This document shows positions 20,202-29,438 of a stretch of 64,000 nucleotides of DNA, piece by piece. Source of the stretch: a virus; the IMG/VR virus record IMGVR_UViG_3300044655_001360; one strand, given 5' to 3'. Made by a program: the position numbers and the translations under genes. A model generated the notes under the pieces. The model was not told the DNA's origin. It was given only the letters and a program-made list of their open reading frames with translations, and ran no database searches. Positions within the stretch are counted from its first letter, which is position 1; every line of letters begins with the position of its first letter.

Positions 20202-21171
20202 TGATGACAGTCTCTTTGTCTTTATACCATGCTTTTTCCCAGATTACAAATACTTCATATCCTTGATTATTGGCATATGTACGTTTTGCTTGATCGCGGG
20301 ACCAAATGAAATAAGCATGTTGTCCTTTTTGTTTAAAGTAAAAATCTCTATCATATAAGTCTGGATCAGCATGCCAGTATGATCCATAAAACTCAATCAA
20401 CTTCTTACGCGATGGATCACCGTAATCATATGGTCCAATATGTGGATTATCTAGTCTAAAGGATAATTGTAAATCTGGCATTACTGCAACTAAATCCTCA
20501 TATGCAGATAATTCGATTTTTGATTGTATTCGTTCAACCGATGCACGACCAATACAAAACGCATCATACTTTTCAGTTCCATCTTCAAGACCATAAGTTT
20601 CCACAAAATATTCCAATGACGTGGTATATCGTTGTTGCTCGCAGTATATATTCCAATTAACCATACCAGCAACTACACCATGGCGGTCTATCATGTTTTG
20701 TATCGTTTGAGATCTTGAATTATTATACGCATTGAATTCATCAATAGTCATACCATATTTTGCTTCCTTGTACTCGAAGGTGTTAGTTTCTGCCTGTACA
20801 TCACAGTAACTTTTCCATCTGATCTTTCCTTCTTCTTCGCCGTATTTTTCAATCATCGCGGCTTCTGTAACACCGCACAATTCTTTTAAGTTTTCTGACA
20901 CGATTGGCGATGTTGGATACCTATGTATATATTCCGCTATTGTAATACTTTCAACACATTTACTTTTCAAATGGGTTGGTGTGATACGTTTATATGATTT
21001 CCCACACATTGCACATTTCACTTGGCTATTTGGGTCCGCAGAATCGACGGATCTTCTACTAACACCATACTTGTTAGTCTTTATGGTTATCCCATTAACA
21101 GGGGGGTTAACGCCCAACGAGTTCAATAACTCACCATACAACTGTTTTGTTTCATCGTCAACATTGTTCAT
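20167..21171 (-). mobile_element. Free-standing Vsr-like (very-short-patch/DUF559-type) homing endonuclease gene between the polB halves
   Basis: N-terminal CxxC..H..C Zn-finger, KYG.E.G repeats and C-terminal 'IEFYGSYWH...RD..K...A...GY.V.VIWE'. Has its own AAGGA RBS. Confidence 0.8.
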
Positions 21172-21183
21172 GCTATATCCTTA

Positions 21184-23370
21184 TTAGTTTATAAAATCTG
21201 AGTGTTTCACCGATATCAATATATCAGTCTCTAAAATGTCAATCGGTTTAGTTTCAATTAAATTACCATCTCTCTCAACCATAACTGAATGGTCTTCAGT
21301 TACAATTATGGTGTTTCCAAGTTCATCTTCAATTTCGTACAAATCCTTTGATACTTTATGTCGGTATATGTAGTTAATATTACCATAATACGGTGCATCA
21401 TCTTTTAGACTATACGATAAAACTTGTAGATCTGGGTTACATGCATACTCCTTATCACCATTATTCCAAAACTCAGTACACCCGTTAAACAACTCTTCGA
21501 TTGTCTTAACTCCTTGATTTGTATGGTGTTTCGTTTCGGAAAATTCGGAATCCGTGTCGTTATAAATGATTGATTTTCCTAGATAATTATATTCACCACA
21601 TACAATCTCGTTAACTTGTGCTGTCATATGACGGGTAATCGACCGTCCAGTTAATGTTGTACTTTGACCAATGCGTTTATCGAAAAACCTACAACCACTG
21701 TTCAAAATCGCCCCATAGCAGGAGTTCAAAAGTAATTTGGTATACTGTTCTTTAATACTCCAGTATCTTTCCTCGATGTCAAGTCCAGCATCCCGAGCAA
21801 CTTTCATTTTTTTCTGCATTACTTGACGATCAGCATACCATTGTTTTAACAAACCGGGAATGATTCCCTCTTTTTCAAAAGTAAAGATAGTACCATTTGC
21901 ACTTAACATCCATGATTGACCAGATTTGAAAATTAAATCATAGGTTTGAGCAGCACTAAGTTCATCACTACTACCCTCTTCCCAATCTATAGTAAGCATA
22001 CGATTCGAATCTCTTGACATAACATCATCATATTCTAAAGTCGAAAATACGCCTTCCCAACATGAAGCAAACTTCTTACCTGTAGCCATTTGATCCGCAA
22101 TAAACTTATCAGTTGCCACTGGTCTAAGTTGACCGATAATAGTCTCTGGACTCATATTAAGTGCACGGATTGTACTAGGGTACAGCGAGTTGATATCTAA
22201 TGAAGCAACCCAATCATGTAGACCTTTTTTGGGATAAGCAACATACGCACCAGCAGCTTGCGTGTTTTCATTATCATTACGTGGCTTTCTATTAGGTGCA
22301 ATCTGCCCTTTACTATGCGCCTCATTGATAATAGCTTGTTCAATAGCTGCAACGGAACCTAACGTAGTTGGTAACAATACAGTACAACCATGAGCAGTCG
22401 TATTAGCCAAATCCATAAACTTCAACTTCTTATCCATTCTATCTAACAGTGCAACGTCTTGTCGGTTATATTCGATAAAAGTCTTAAAGTCTTGATTGTA
22501 TAGCTGTTCTAACGTACCATCATAAACAGTTTTATGGTCACCTAATTCATATTCAGCAATCGCATCTAATCGATAAGATGGCTTTTCTTCATGAGTATAC
22601 TTACGATAAATGTCCAAGTAATCCATATGAACTCGACCAACCAAATCGAAAGTAGTCGAAACCTTACCAAACTTCTCGAATTCACGTTTCTTAGGAGATT
22701 GATCCCATAAACAGAATCGACGAGTATCGTTCTTACTTAAAACCTTAGCAACACGATTAACGGTATATGGAATATCGAATGATTCAGAATTCCAACCACT
22801 TAATACATCAGCATCTTCGATAATAGTAAGGAACGTATCTAATAATTCCTTTTCTGTTTTAAAGATAAACGTATTCTCAAACTCAGCTACTTGCTCTTCA
22901 GCTTCTTTGATACTCATATGTTTTGGTGGAATTGCCAAACAAATCATAGTTTCAGACCACTGTAGATATACAGCAATAGAAACAATTGGCATAAAAGGAT
23001 CATCTGGTGCGGCATAGCCGCGTTCAGGACACATACTGGTCTCGATATCGAAATACGCGACATTGAGTTTAGGTGCATCTGCGTTAAGGTAATGGTCTTC
23101 AAGACAACGATAGGTAACATTGATATCACTTTCATATAACTTCTTGGTTTGACCAAATATAGCAATATTCTTATGATGTTCTTTGTGGGTTTTACTTTTA
23201 ACCCTAGACAATGGTTTACCTTTCATTGAATGATGGTTACCATTTGGGTCTTCGTAATAAAAGACATAGTTTGCTGGAAATTCTCGGTAATGGCGAATGC
23301 CATCTGTATCACGTTCAACTACGTGGATAATATCGCGATCTTTTTCATAAAAAGCATCTACATAACTCAT
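21184..23370 (-). CDS. polB: Family B DNA polymerase, N-terminal part, ending in split-intein N-fragment (21187..21549)
   Basis: Exo motifs FDIET, GWNS..FDIPY and YN.QD. Pol motifs DINSLYPS, KLLLNSCYG and YNDTD. Then 121 aa of intein (S-start, block B 'VTEDHS') and a TAA stop. Confidence 0.93.
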   Translation of the reverse strand: MSYVDAFYEKDRDIIHVVERDTDGIRHYREFPANYVFYYEDPNGNHHSMKGKPLSRVKSKTHKEHHKNIAIFGQTKKLYESDINVTYRCLEDHYLNADAPKLNVAYFDIETSMCPERGYAAPDDPFMPIVSIAVYLQWSETMICLAIPPKHMSIKEAEEQVAEFENTFIFKTEKELLDTFLTIIEDADVLSGWNSESFDIPYTVNRVAKVLSKNDTRRFCLWDQSPKKREFEKFGKVSTTFDLVGRVHMDYLDIYRKYTHEEKPSYRLDAIAEYELGDHKTVYDGTLEQLYNQDFKTFIEYNRQDVALLDRMDKKLKFMDLANTTAHGCTVLLPTTLGSVAAIEQAIINEAHSKGQIAPNRKPRNDNENTQAAGAYVAYPKKGLHDWVASLDINSLYPSTIRALNMSPETIIGQLRPVATDKFIADQMATGKKFASCWEGVFSTLEYDDVMSRDSNRMLTIDWEEGSSDELSAAQTYDLIFKSGQSWMLSANGTIFTFEKEGIIPGLLKQWYADRQVMQKKMKVARDAGLDIEERYWSIKEQYTKLLLNSCYGAILNSGCRFFDKRIGQSTTLTGRSITRHMTAQVNEIVCGEYNYLGKSIIYNDTDSEFSETKHHTNQGVKTIEELFNGCTEFWNNGDKEYACNPDLQVLSYSLKDDAPYYGNINYIYRHKVSKDLYEIEDELGNTIIVTEDHSVMVERDGNLIETKPIDILETDILISVKHSDFIN

Positions 23371-23449
23371 TTAAACTCCTGATTGTTTATGGCCAATCTT
23401 ACCGTATAATCCGACACTTATGGCGGTCGTAAACCTTATTGATTATAAC

Positions 23450-23692
23450 TTATTTGCCGTGTTTTAAGCAATACATAGTCACCAGTGGATTTTCTTCCAT
23501 TACGATTAAGTCAAACTGATACTTGCGATAATGCCTATTACGCTCTCTGTCTATTTCTGTTATCATGATTAGTTTTGGGCATACCTTAGTTACTACGCCA
23601 ACTCGTAAGTCGTTATGATGTGCAAATGCTACGAAGTTACCTGCTACTACTGGTCTACCTAGTTTGTCACTTTGTTCGATTATTTTAGCCAT
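23450..23692 (-). CDS. Hypothetical protein
   Basis: 80-aa ORF with an AGGA RBS. Confidence 0.55.
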   Translation of the reverse strand: MAKIIEQSDKLGRPVVAGNFVAFAHHNDLRVGVVTKVCPKLIMITEIDRERNRHYRKYQFDLIVMEENPLVTMYCLKHGK

Positions 23693-23714
23693 TTTGAATC
23701 CTAATATCAGTTAA

Positions 23715-23736
23715 GCTCGCACCTAGCGGTGCTCGC
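23715..23736 (-). repeat. Hairpin element, copy 2
   Basis: Minus strand GCGAG CACC GCTA GGTG CGAGC. Confidence 0.9.
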
Positions 23737-23791
23737 AAGGTACGAGCAATGCACAAGTGAGGTACGAGTGAGGTACGAGCAAGGTACTAGC
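23737..23791. repeat. Short iterated AGGTACGAG repeats
   Basis: AGGTACGAGC, AGGTACGAGT, AGGTACGAGC, AGGTACTAGC. Confidence 0.8.
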
Positions 23792-23860
23792 GTAAACTAA
23801 TATTTAGACTCAAAATTAACTATTACAAAAAGAGCAGCCTGTAGGCTGCTCTATAATAGA

Positions 23861-24118
23861 TTAATCTAACCGTTTAGTGATATCAAGGATAGCTTCAACT
23901 TCTTCCCAGTCTTCATTAAAGGTAGACCAATTGCCTTTGTGAGCAATCTTGATGGCTTTGTTGATAATAGAAGGTTTGATTTGAAGTTCTTCAGCTACTG
24001 CTTTTACAGTATCTTTAAGACCCATAGAAAGGTCTTCAACTTCACGTAGTACGTTAGAACCTTCATTGATTAAACGTTCTAATTTTGCTTTTTCTTCTGG
24101 ACCGTAGATTTTTGACAT
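23861..24118 (-). CDS. Small dsDNA-binding protein (T4 DsbA-like/transcription regulator)
   Basis: 85-aa helical ORF 'LKDTVKAVAEELQIKPSIINKAIKIAHK' with its own promoter and terminator. The family call comes from recalled similarity only. Confidence 0.45.
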   Translation of the reverse strand: MSKIYGPEEKAKLERLINEGSNVLREVEDLSMGLKDTVKAVAEELQIKPSIINKAIKIAHKGNWSTFNEDWEEVEAILDITKRLD

Positions 24119-24147
24119 TTGATTCTCTCGTTGTGGTTAAAAATGAT

Positions 24148-24176
24148 ATTGTAAGTGAGTGGTTGGTAGTTGTCAA
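24148..24176 (-). promoter_or_regulatory. Sigma70-like promoter
   Basis: TTGACA-N17-TACAAT. Confidence 0.75.
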
Positions 24177-24283
24177 GCGTTATTTTTAGATACTTGAAAC
24201 TGCCAACTGAGAATGCAGTATAACATAGTAAAAACTAAAAAGCCAGCACGGTGGCTGGCTTCTTGTTCGATTATCTTTTAGAA

Positions 24284-25690
24284 TTAACGAAGTTTGTAGT
24301 GAACTGGGCGTTCATAACGACCGTCTGTTTCACGAGTTACTGAAATAAGGCGTTCACCATCATTTGATTTTACACGCACAGTTTGACCATATGAAATGTT
24401 ACGACCAGTTGGCCATTGGTCAACCAAACCTTCTGATTCTAATGCTGCGTTTAGAGTTTCAAACCAGTTTTGTTTAGCTTGATGTTTACCAAATGCTTCT
24501 TCGAATTCTTCGTCGAATGATTCTTGGAATGAATCGCCGATCATATCATCACTTGCTTGTTTTTGATAATGACCTTTGTTTTGTTGCATATACTGGTCAA
24601 TAGCATTACCATAAAGGTCTTTAACAACATGAACCAGTTGGGCTACTGCGTTAGCATCATTTTGGTTAGTAACGTGAGCTCTACCAATTGCTTTAATAGC
24701 ATCAACAAAGTCAACTGATTCATCGAAGTTATGCCATGCAAAGTCATAGAAATCTTCATCGAAGTCGGCAACAACATTATCAGGAACTGAATGATCTTGT
24801 TCACCACGGTTTGCTAAATCCATTTGTCTAGCCATTTGTGGGCGAGTTAATGTCGCTTCCGATAACACATCGAACATACGGAATTCACCACCCATGTTTT
24901 CGTATACCATACCAGCATAAAGTTCTTGTTTAACACCTTCGTATTTGGCACTAGCAACGCGTTGTGCCCATGCAAACAATTCAGTATCAACTGCATCAAT
25001 TTGTTGTTGACCACCGCTTTCTTGAACTAAAGTGACCATTTGTTTGAAAGTTAGTTTAGGTTCGATTGATTCCTTAACTGCTTTCTTTTTAGCTTGGCCT
25101 TTCCACATAGCGGCTGCTGCAACTGCTTTAGGGTCTTTAGCTCCACTTTTCGCTGCTGCTTTTTCAACTTTCTCGAAGCCTTTACCTTTTTTGCCAATAT
25201 CCTTACCGGCAACTGCTTTCTTAACTACTGCAGATTTCTCTTTTTTAGTTAAACCAGCACTTGGTTTAGAATCTTCTTTCATGTGTTGATCGAGTTCTTT
25301 TTTGAATGCTGCACCACCTTTACCATCTGGTTTTTTACCTTTACCAGATTGTGATTTTAATGCGTCGGTTGCAGTACCAGATTTAGCGGTTGGTGAAACT
25401 TTAGTAACTAAGTTTTTGAATTTTTCTTGTGCTGCGATTTGAGCAGCAGATTCTTCCAAATCTTCTTCCATGTCATCATCCAAACATTCAACTTGTTGTT
25501 CTTCGACTTTTTCTTCTTTCTTAGCTTTTGGTTTCTTTACCTTAGCTGCTTCAGTTAAAAGTGAAGATTGGCCTGCTAGTACACGTAATTGTGCACTTTC
25601 ATCCAATTGAATTGGTGATGGTAATGTGGGTGCTGCTACACCAGCTACTGGTGTTTCGATTGCATCGAGTTTATCTAAAATGTCTTTCAT
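24284..25690 (-). CDS. Probable prohead core/internal head protein
   Basis: Start at MKDILDKLDAIE. K/A/E-rich, with many [LVI]-x-E-[SA] candidate prohead-protease sites (LDES, LTEA, LEES, VKES, VQES, LSEA). Confidence 0.55.
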   Translation of the reverse strand: MKDILDKLDAIETPVAGVAAPTLPSPIQLDESAQLRVLAGQSSLLTEAAKVKKPKAKKEEKVEEQQVECLDDDMEEDLEESAAQIAAQEKFKNLVTKVSPTAKSGTATDALKSQSGKGKKPDGKGGAAFKKELDQHMKEDSKPSAGLTKKEKSAVVKKAVAGKDIGKKGKGFEKVEKAAAKSGAKDPKAVAAAAMWKGQAKKKAVKESIEPKLTFKQMVTLVQESGGQQQIDAVDTELFAWAQRVASAKYEGVKQELYAGMVYENMGGEFRMFDVLSEATLTRPQMARQMDLANRGEQDHSVPDNVVADFDEDFYDFAWHNFDESVDFVDAIKAIGRAHVTNQNDANAVAQLVHVVKDLYGNAIDQYMQQNKGHYQKQASDDMIGDSFQESFDEEFEEAFGKHQAKQNWFETLNAALESEGLVDQWPTGRNISYGQTVRVKSNDGERLISVTRETDGRYERPVHYKLR

Positions 25691-25700
25691 TTTGGGGTCC

Positions 25701-25955
25701 TTAAGGTTGTCTTTTGATGGGAGTTCCACCAAATAAGTTATCTTTTATATTTAGTGCGTTTTTAGCCGTACCATCTGAATTCGTTGGTTGAACCACTTTG
25801 GGTGGTTTCGGTGCTTTTGTTCCGGGTTTACCTGGGCTACCTGCGTAACTTTTTGATCTTTTACCAATGGCAAGATTTGGATTGTATACTGCCGCTATAT
25901 CACCTGCACTGGTTGCACCGGCACTAGCTTCTTCAAATAATTCGTGCAATCTCAT
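25701..25955 (-). CDS. Small probable head protein
   Basis: Leader MRLHELFEEA followed by 'SAGATSAGDIA'. Confidence 0.5.
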   Translation of the reverse strand: MRLHELFEEASAGATSAGDIAAVYNPNLAIGKRSKSYAGSPGKPGTKAPKPPKVVQPTNSDGTAKNALNIKDNLFGGTPIKRQP

Positions 25956-26164
25956 TGCTTGTCTCCAAATGGTGATTCACCAGTTAAGTGTGTTTGTGCA
26001 AACCAAAGTCTAAACCATTCTGGAGTTCCAGGTTGGATGTTATTTGATTTTTCAAAATCACGTTTCATAGTAGCAGTTGCGTGTTGTTCTGATGGCTGGT
26101 ATGTGGATAATCCAGCAAATGGCTTAATCCCTGCCAATAGTTTAATTCGTTCTAGTTCGTCCAT
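25952..26164 (-). CDS. Small conserved-type hypothetical protein
   Basis: MDELERIKLLAGI ... IQPGTPEWFRLWF. Confidence 0.55.
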   Translation of the reverse strand: MDELERIKLLAGIKPFAGLSTYQPSEQHATATMKRDFEKSNNIQPGTPEWFRLWFAQTHLTGESPFGDKQ

Positions 26165-26740
26165 TTACCTATTCTCGTGTATTTTATTTGATTGCTGGCT
26201 AAAAGATCCGGTATTACCAATAGCAGACTTTGCTTGATTTGATTTAAACGCAACGTAAGTTCCAATAGTTGGGTAATATAGTCCATCATGCCCAGCTTTT
26301 TCAACTTCAATCCGTGCGTATCTAGCACCATCAGTACCGTGTTTTTTGATAAGATCACGCAAGAACTCTTCAGGTTCGTCCACAATCACTGGGTTTTTGA
26401 TTGATAGAAACATTGGTTTTACGTTACCATTTTCTCTTTTCGCATAATCACTTGCAACTTGCGTGTCCGATGAAAAGAAAAATCCACCATCAAATGTATA
26501 GAATCCAGGTGAGACTTTATCACGATCATACTCATCAAAATCGCTAGGAGATCCGTTATAAACCACTAAGGGTTCACCGTTTCCATCAACCACTTTACTA
26601 TCACCAAACCATGATTTGAATTCAGGTGTTCTTACTTGTTGGTATTGAACCGGATTCAAATTACTTGGCTTTCCATTTGGTGCTAGTAATTGCTCAGATT
26701 CAAGTAACTTTAATTTGTCTAAAAGATAACGGATTTCCAT
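26165..26740 (-). CDS. ART-PolyVal-like ADP-ribosyltransferase domain protein
   Basis: LAPNGKPSNL...VRTPEFKSWFGDSKVVD.NGEPLVVY.G...GFFFS...A..YA...FL.IKNP...G.DG...KSAIGN.G.F. Confidence 0.7.
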   Translation of the reverse strand: MEIRYLLDKLKLLESEQLLAPNGKPSNLNPVQYQQVRTPEFKSWFGDSKVVDGNGEPLVVYNGSPSDFDEYDRDKVSPGFYTFDGGFFFSSDTQVASDYAKRENGNVKPMFLSIKNPVIVDEPEEFLRDLIKKHGTDGARYARIEVEKAGHDGLYYPTIGTYVAFKSNQAKSAIGNTGSFSQQSNKIHENR

Positions 26741-27552
26741 TAGAGTTCCTCGTGCATTTTGTCAGATTTGGTACTGAATCCTACATTACCAATCGCAGAT
26801 TTAACTTGGTTTGGGTTGAATGCAACGACGATTGCACCTTCATGTTTATTTTCGAGGAACATCATACCATCATAGCCAGCTGATATTAAATCATTACGTA
26901 GTAATGAACCACCACCGGTTAAGTATTTGTGGGTATCATGTAAATCAAATGAGGAACGGACACCATTCAAATAATTGACGATACTATCCAATGTATCAGA
27001 TGATAATGACACATTAGCGGTTTTCATTAATTTAACAAACTCGTCCATATCAGAAATGTATTCTTGCCGTAATCTTATTGGATTTCTTATATTTAAAAAT
27101 ACGGCTTGTGTATTACCCGTGTCACCTGTGTAATGGGTGGCATCGCTCGAGTCTGTACTAAAGAAAAATCCAAATGTATTACTTACTGATTTATGTGTTA
27201 GGTTTTGCTTATCATAAGAGAATGTATCACCAAAATCTTCGACGTTGCCTCGATAGCATACTAATGGTTCTTCATTCGCGCCAACGATTTCACTAGATTG
27301 ATACTTATGTTCATCGTGTTCCCAATCACCAAACCATGCTTTGAATTCAGGGGTTCTTACCATGCGGTATTGACCAGCATTTAATTTGGAAGGTTTTCCA
27401 TTTGGTGCCAATCGTTGTTCTGGTTTATCAACCTTTTGAGGTTCTTGTTTGACTGGTTCTGCCTTAACGGGTTCTTGAACTTCATCATCTTTTGGCTGTT
27501 CTACCTCAGATTCAATCAACTTTAATTTGTCTAAAAGATAACGGATTTCCAT
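26740..27552 (-). CDS. ART-PolyVal-like ADP-ribosyltransferase domain protein (paralogue)
   Basis: Same motifs as 26165..26740. Start taken at MEIRYLLDKLKL (27552). Confidence 0.7.
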   Translation of the reverse strand: MEIRYLLDKLKLIESEVEQPKDDEVQEPVKAEPVKQEPQKVDKPEQRLAPNGKPSKLNAGQYRMVRTPEFKAWFGDWEHDEHKYQSSEIVGANEEPLVCYRGNVEDFGDTFSYDKQNLTHKSVSNTFGFFFSTDSSDATHYTGDTGNTQAVFLNIRNPIRLRQEYISDMDEFVKLMKTANVSLSSDTLDSIVNYLNGVRSSFDLHDTHKYLTGGGSLLRNDLISAGYDGMMFLENKHEGAIVVAFNPNQVKSAIGNVGFSTKSDKMHEEL

Positions 27553-27553
27553 A

Positions 27554-27787
27554 CTATTTCTTCTTTTTCTCAGGTAGGCCTTTATGCTTAGTGCTAGCAA
27601 AGTCTTTAACATCTGATTTACTAATTGACTTAGCCATCTTTGCTATTTTAGGGCTGGATGCATCACCAGTTTCTTGGGCATGTTTAACCGCACCAAACAA
27701 CCGTTGTTGTGCTTTACTCAACGACTTTTCAGCTAGTATTTCTGATTCAATCAAATCCAGTTTATCAAGTATATCTCTCATGTTCAT
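27554..27787 (-). CDS. Small basic protein (DUF3008-like) with head-protein leader
   Basis: MNMRDILDKLDLIESE leader and 'SKAQQRLFG...DFASTKHKGLPEK'. Confidence 0.6.
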   Translation of the reverse strand: MNMRDILDKLDLIESEILAEKSLSKAQQRLFGAVKHAQETGDASSPKIAKMAKSISKSDVKDFASTKHKGLPEKKKK

Positions 27788-28404
27788 TCCGTCACTCTCA
27801 GTTTTTTGCTCGAAATAACAAAAACCTTTTCAAGTGAAGATTCTGCTCTGGTCCAAACACCATAAGCAAAGTCATAACGACTAATATCACCCGGTTTCTG
27901 TAATTGCTTTAATACATTTTTGTTTAAATCGGCATAGTAGACATTCAAACCACTACCAAATGCTGTATGTAGTTGTCGCATCCAGAACTTTTTACCATCG
28001 GGTGTTTGTTCTGAATCCGCAATAACCGTAAAGTAATCATCTATAAGTTCATTAAACATGCGAGTTGGAAGATTACCAAGTTCGCCTTTATACGCTTTAT
28101 CCATCCATAACCAACGTTGGATAGCAAATTCACCTAATAGTCTATTTGAATCTCGTTCAAATTCCATTAAGTAAACAACTTTATCATCACCGTCAACGCC
28201 TTCACTTTTAGCTGCCATGTAAACATTTCTGGTATTACCTTCGCCGTAGTACAATGTAATCGTATCGGATAGTTTCTCAACTGGCTCGCAAAAACGTCTG
28301 TATTTTGCGAACATCGAGTTATCGGCTTGGCTTGCCATCTTGGGAGTCACTGGATCGATGATCTGTGACATTTCACGGACATTAAACAATTCTAAAAGTA
28401 ACAT
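27784..28404 (-). CDS. Probable internal head protein, paralogue of 17444..18040
   Basis: Start at MLLLELF; shared C-terminal motif. Confidence 0.5.
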   Translation of the reverse strand: MLLLELFNVREMSQIIDPVTPKMASQADNSMFAKYRRFCEPVEKLSDTITLYYGEGNTRNVYMAAKSEGVDGDDKVVYLMEFERDSNRLLGEFAIQRWLWMDKAYKGELGNLPTRMFNELIDDYFTVIADSEQTPDGKKFWMRQLHTAFGSGLNVYYADLNKNVLKQLQKPGDISRYDFAYGVWTRAESSLEKVFVISSKKLRVTE

Positions 28405-28405
28405 A

Positions 28406-28897
28406 TTAAACCAACTTAAAAGCCTTAAGGTTTTTCCGAATAGTGCCTGGTCCAACATCTTTTGTTGAGTTTTGTTTGGTAACAATACCAACACCAGCTG
28501 CGTCTTCCATGTTAACCGAGTTCAAATACTCGCCATTACGAATATGCTCTTCTTGTTCAGCAGCGATGTGTCTTGCCAATTCTCTTATTAAAGAATCTGG
28601 GAATTTCTCATCTCGATCTTCAATATCAAAATGATCACAGTATTGGTCAATACTGGTTAATATAGGTTTGATGTAGATTTTATAGATATTTGCATTACCA
28701 ACATACTTGAGATGTTTCTTGGTAACTGGAAAGAAGTGGTTATTCAGTAACTTATCGTCATTATCGATATAGAACTTTAGGTCACCGAGCCAATCAATAT
28801 CCTGCGAATCATCTTCTGATGGGGCACCAATAGGAGAATACTCCTTAGCGTCTTCTGTTAATCGTTTGGTCGATGCGAATAATTCTAGTAATTGCAT
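28406..28897 (-). CDS. Hypothetical protein with head-protein-like leader
   Basis: MQLLELF...LTED; AAGGA RBS. Confidence 0.55.
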   Translation of the reverse strand: MQLLELFASTKRLTEDAKEYSPIGAPSEDDSQDIDWLGDLKFYIDNDDKLLNNHFFPVTKKHLKYVGNANIYKIYIKPILTSIDQYCDHFDIEDRDEKFPDSLIRELARHIAAEQEEHIRNGEYLNSVNMEDAAGVGIVTKQNSTKDVGPGTIRKNLKAFKLV

Positions 28898-28918
28898 TTG
28901 TATTCCTTTTTCTTGGTA

Positions 28919-29272
28919 CTAAATCTGATACCGGATTTGTACGATAGTACCTTGTTCTAGTTGATAAGCAGCCCTAATCCAAATGAATTTACCCCAGAAT
29001 GTATATGAGGAATTTGCACTGGATATATATGAACTATCACCACCTAATAAAGTTTCGGGCACGTCAAACCAATCCTGTTCACCCGGATATAACTCTAGGG
29101 TTGCTTGGATTTTAACTGTACCTTTAAACTGGTCAAATTGATAAACAACGAGATGACTTCCATCGTTATTATGTTGATAACCTGCACCTTTTTGCTTAGA
29201 AGTATAGGCAAATTCGGTAGGCATCGAATCATTTGAGTAGTTTGATATTAATATTTGACTTTCTTTTTGCAT
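28919..29272 (-). CDS. Hypothetical late (probably structural) protein
   Basis: Start taken at MQKESQ, just downstream of CTAAATA (29277..29283). Confidence 0.5.
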   Translation of the reverse strand: MQKESQILISNYSNDSMPTEFAYTSKQKGAGYQHNNDGSHLVVYQFDQFKGTVKIQATLELYPGEQDWFDVPETLLGGDSSYISSANSSYTFWGKFIWIRAAYQLEQGTIVQIRYQI

Positions 29273-29305
29273 ACCGTATTTAGCTTGAAAGTTCGGTATT
29301 TCTAG

Positions 29306-29327
29306 GCTCGCTCCTAGCGGAGCTCGC
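29306..29327 (-). repeat. Hairpin element, copy 3
   Basis: Minus strand GCGAG CTCC GCTA GGAG CGAGC. Confidence 0.9.
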
Positions 29328-29377
29328 ATATTATGCGTATATATTGATATATACAAGTTTAACTCTAATATTGGATA

Positions 29378-29399
29378 GCGAGTGCCGATAGGCACGAGC
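29378..29399 (+). repeat. Hairpin element, copy 4
   Basis: GCGAG TGCC GATA GGCA CGAGC. Confidence 0.9.
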
Positions 29400-29438
29400 C
29401 ATAAAAAAAGGGCAGTACCTGAGTACCACCCTTTGGGG

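Noticed and set aside
20167-21171. Group I intron interrupting polB
   Set aside because: Only about 12 nt separate the ORFs on one side and they overlap on the other, leaving no room for a ribozyme core. Intein motifs explain the split.
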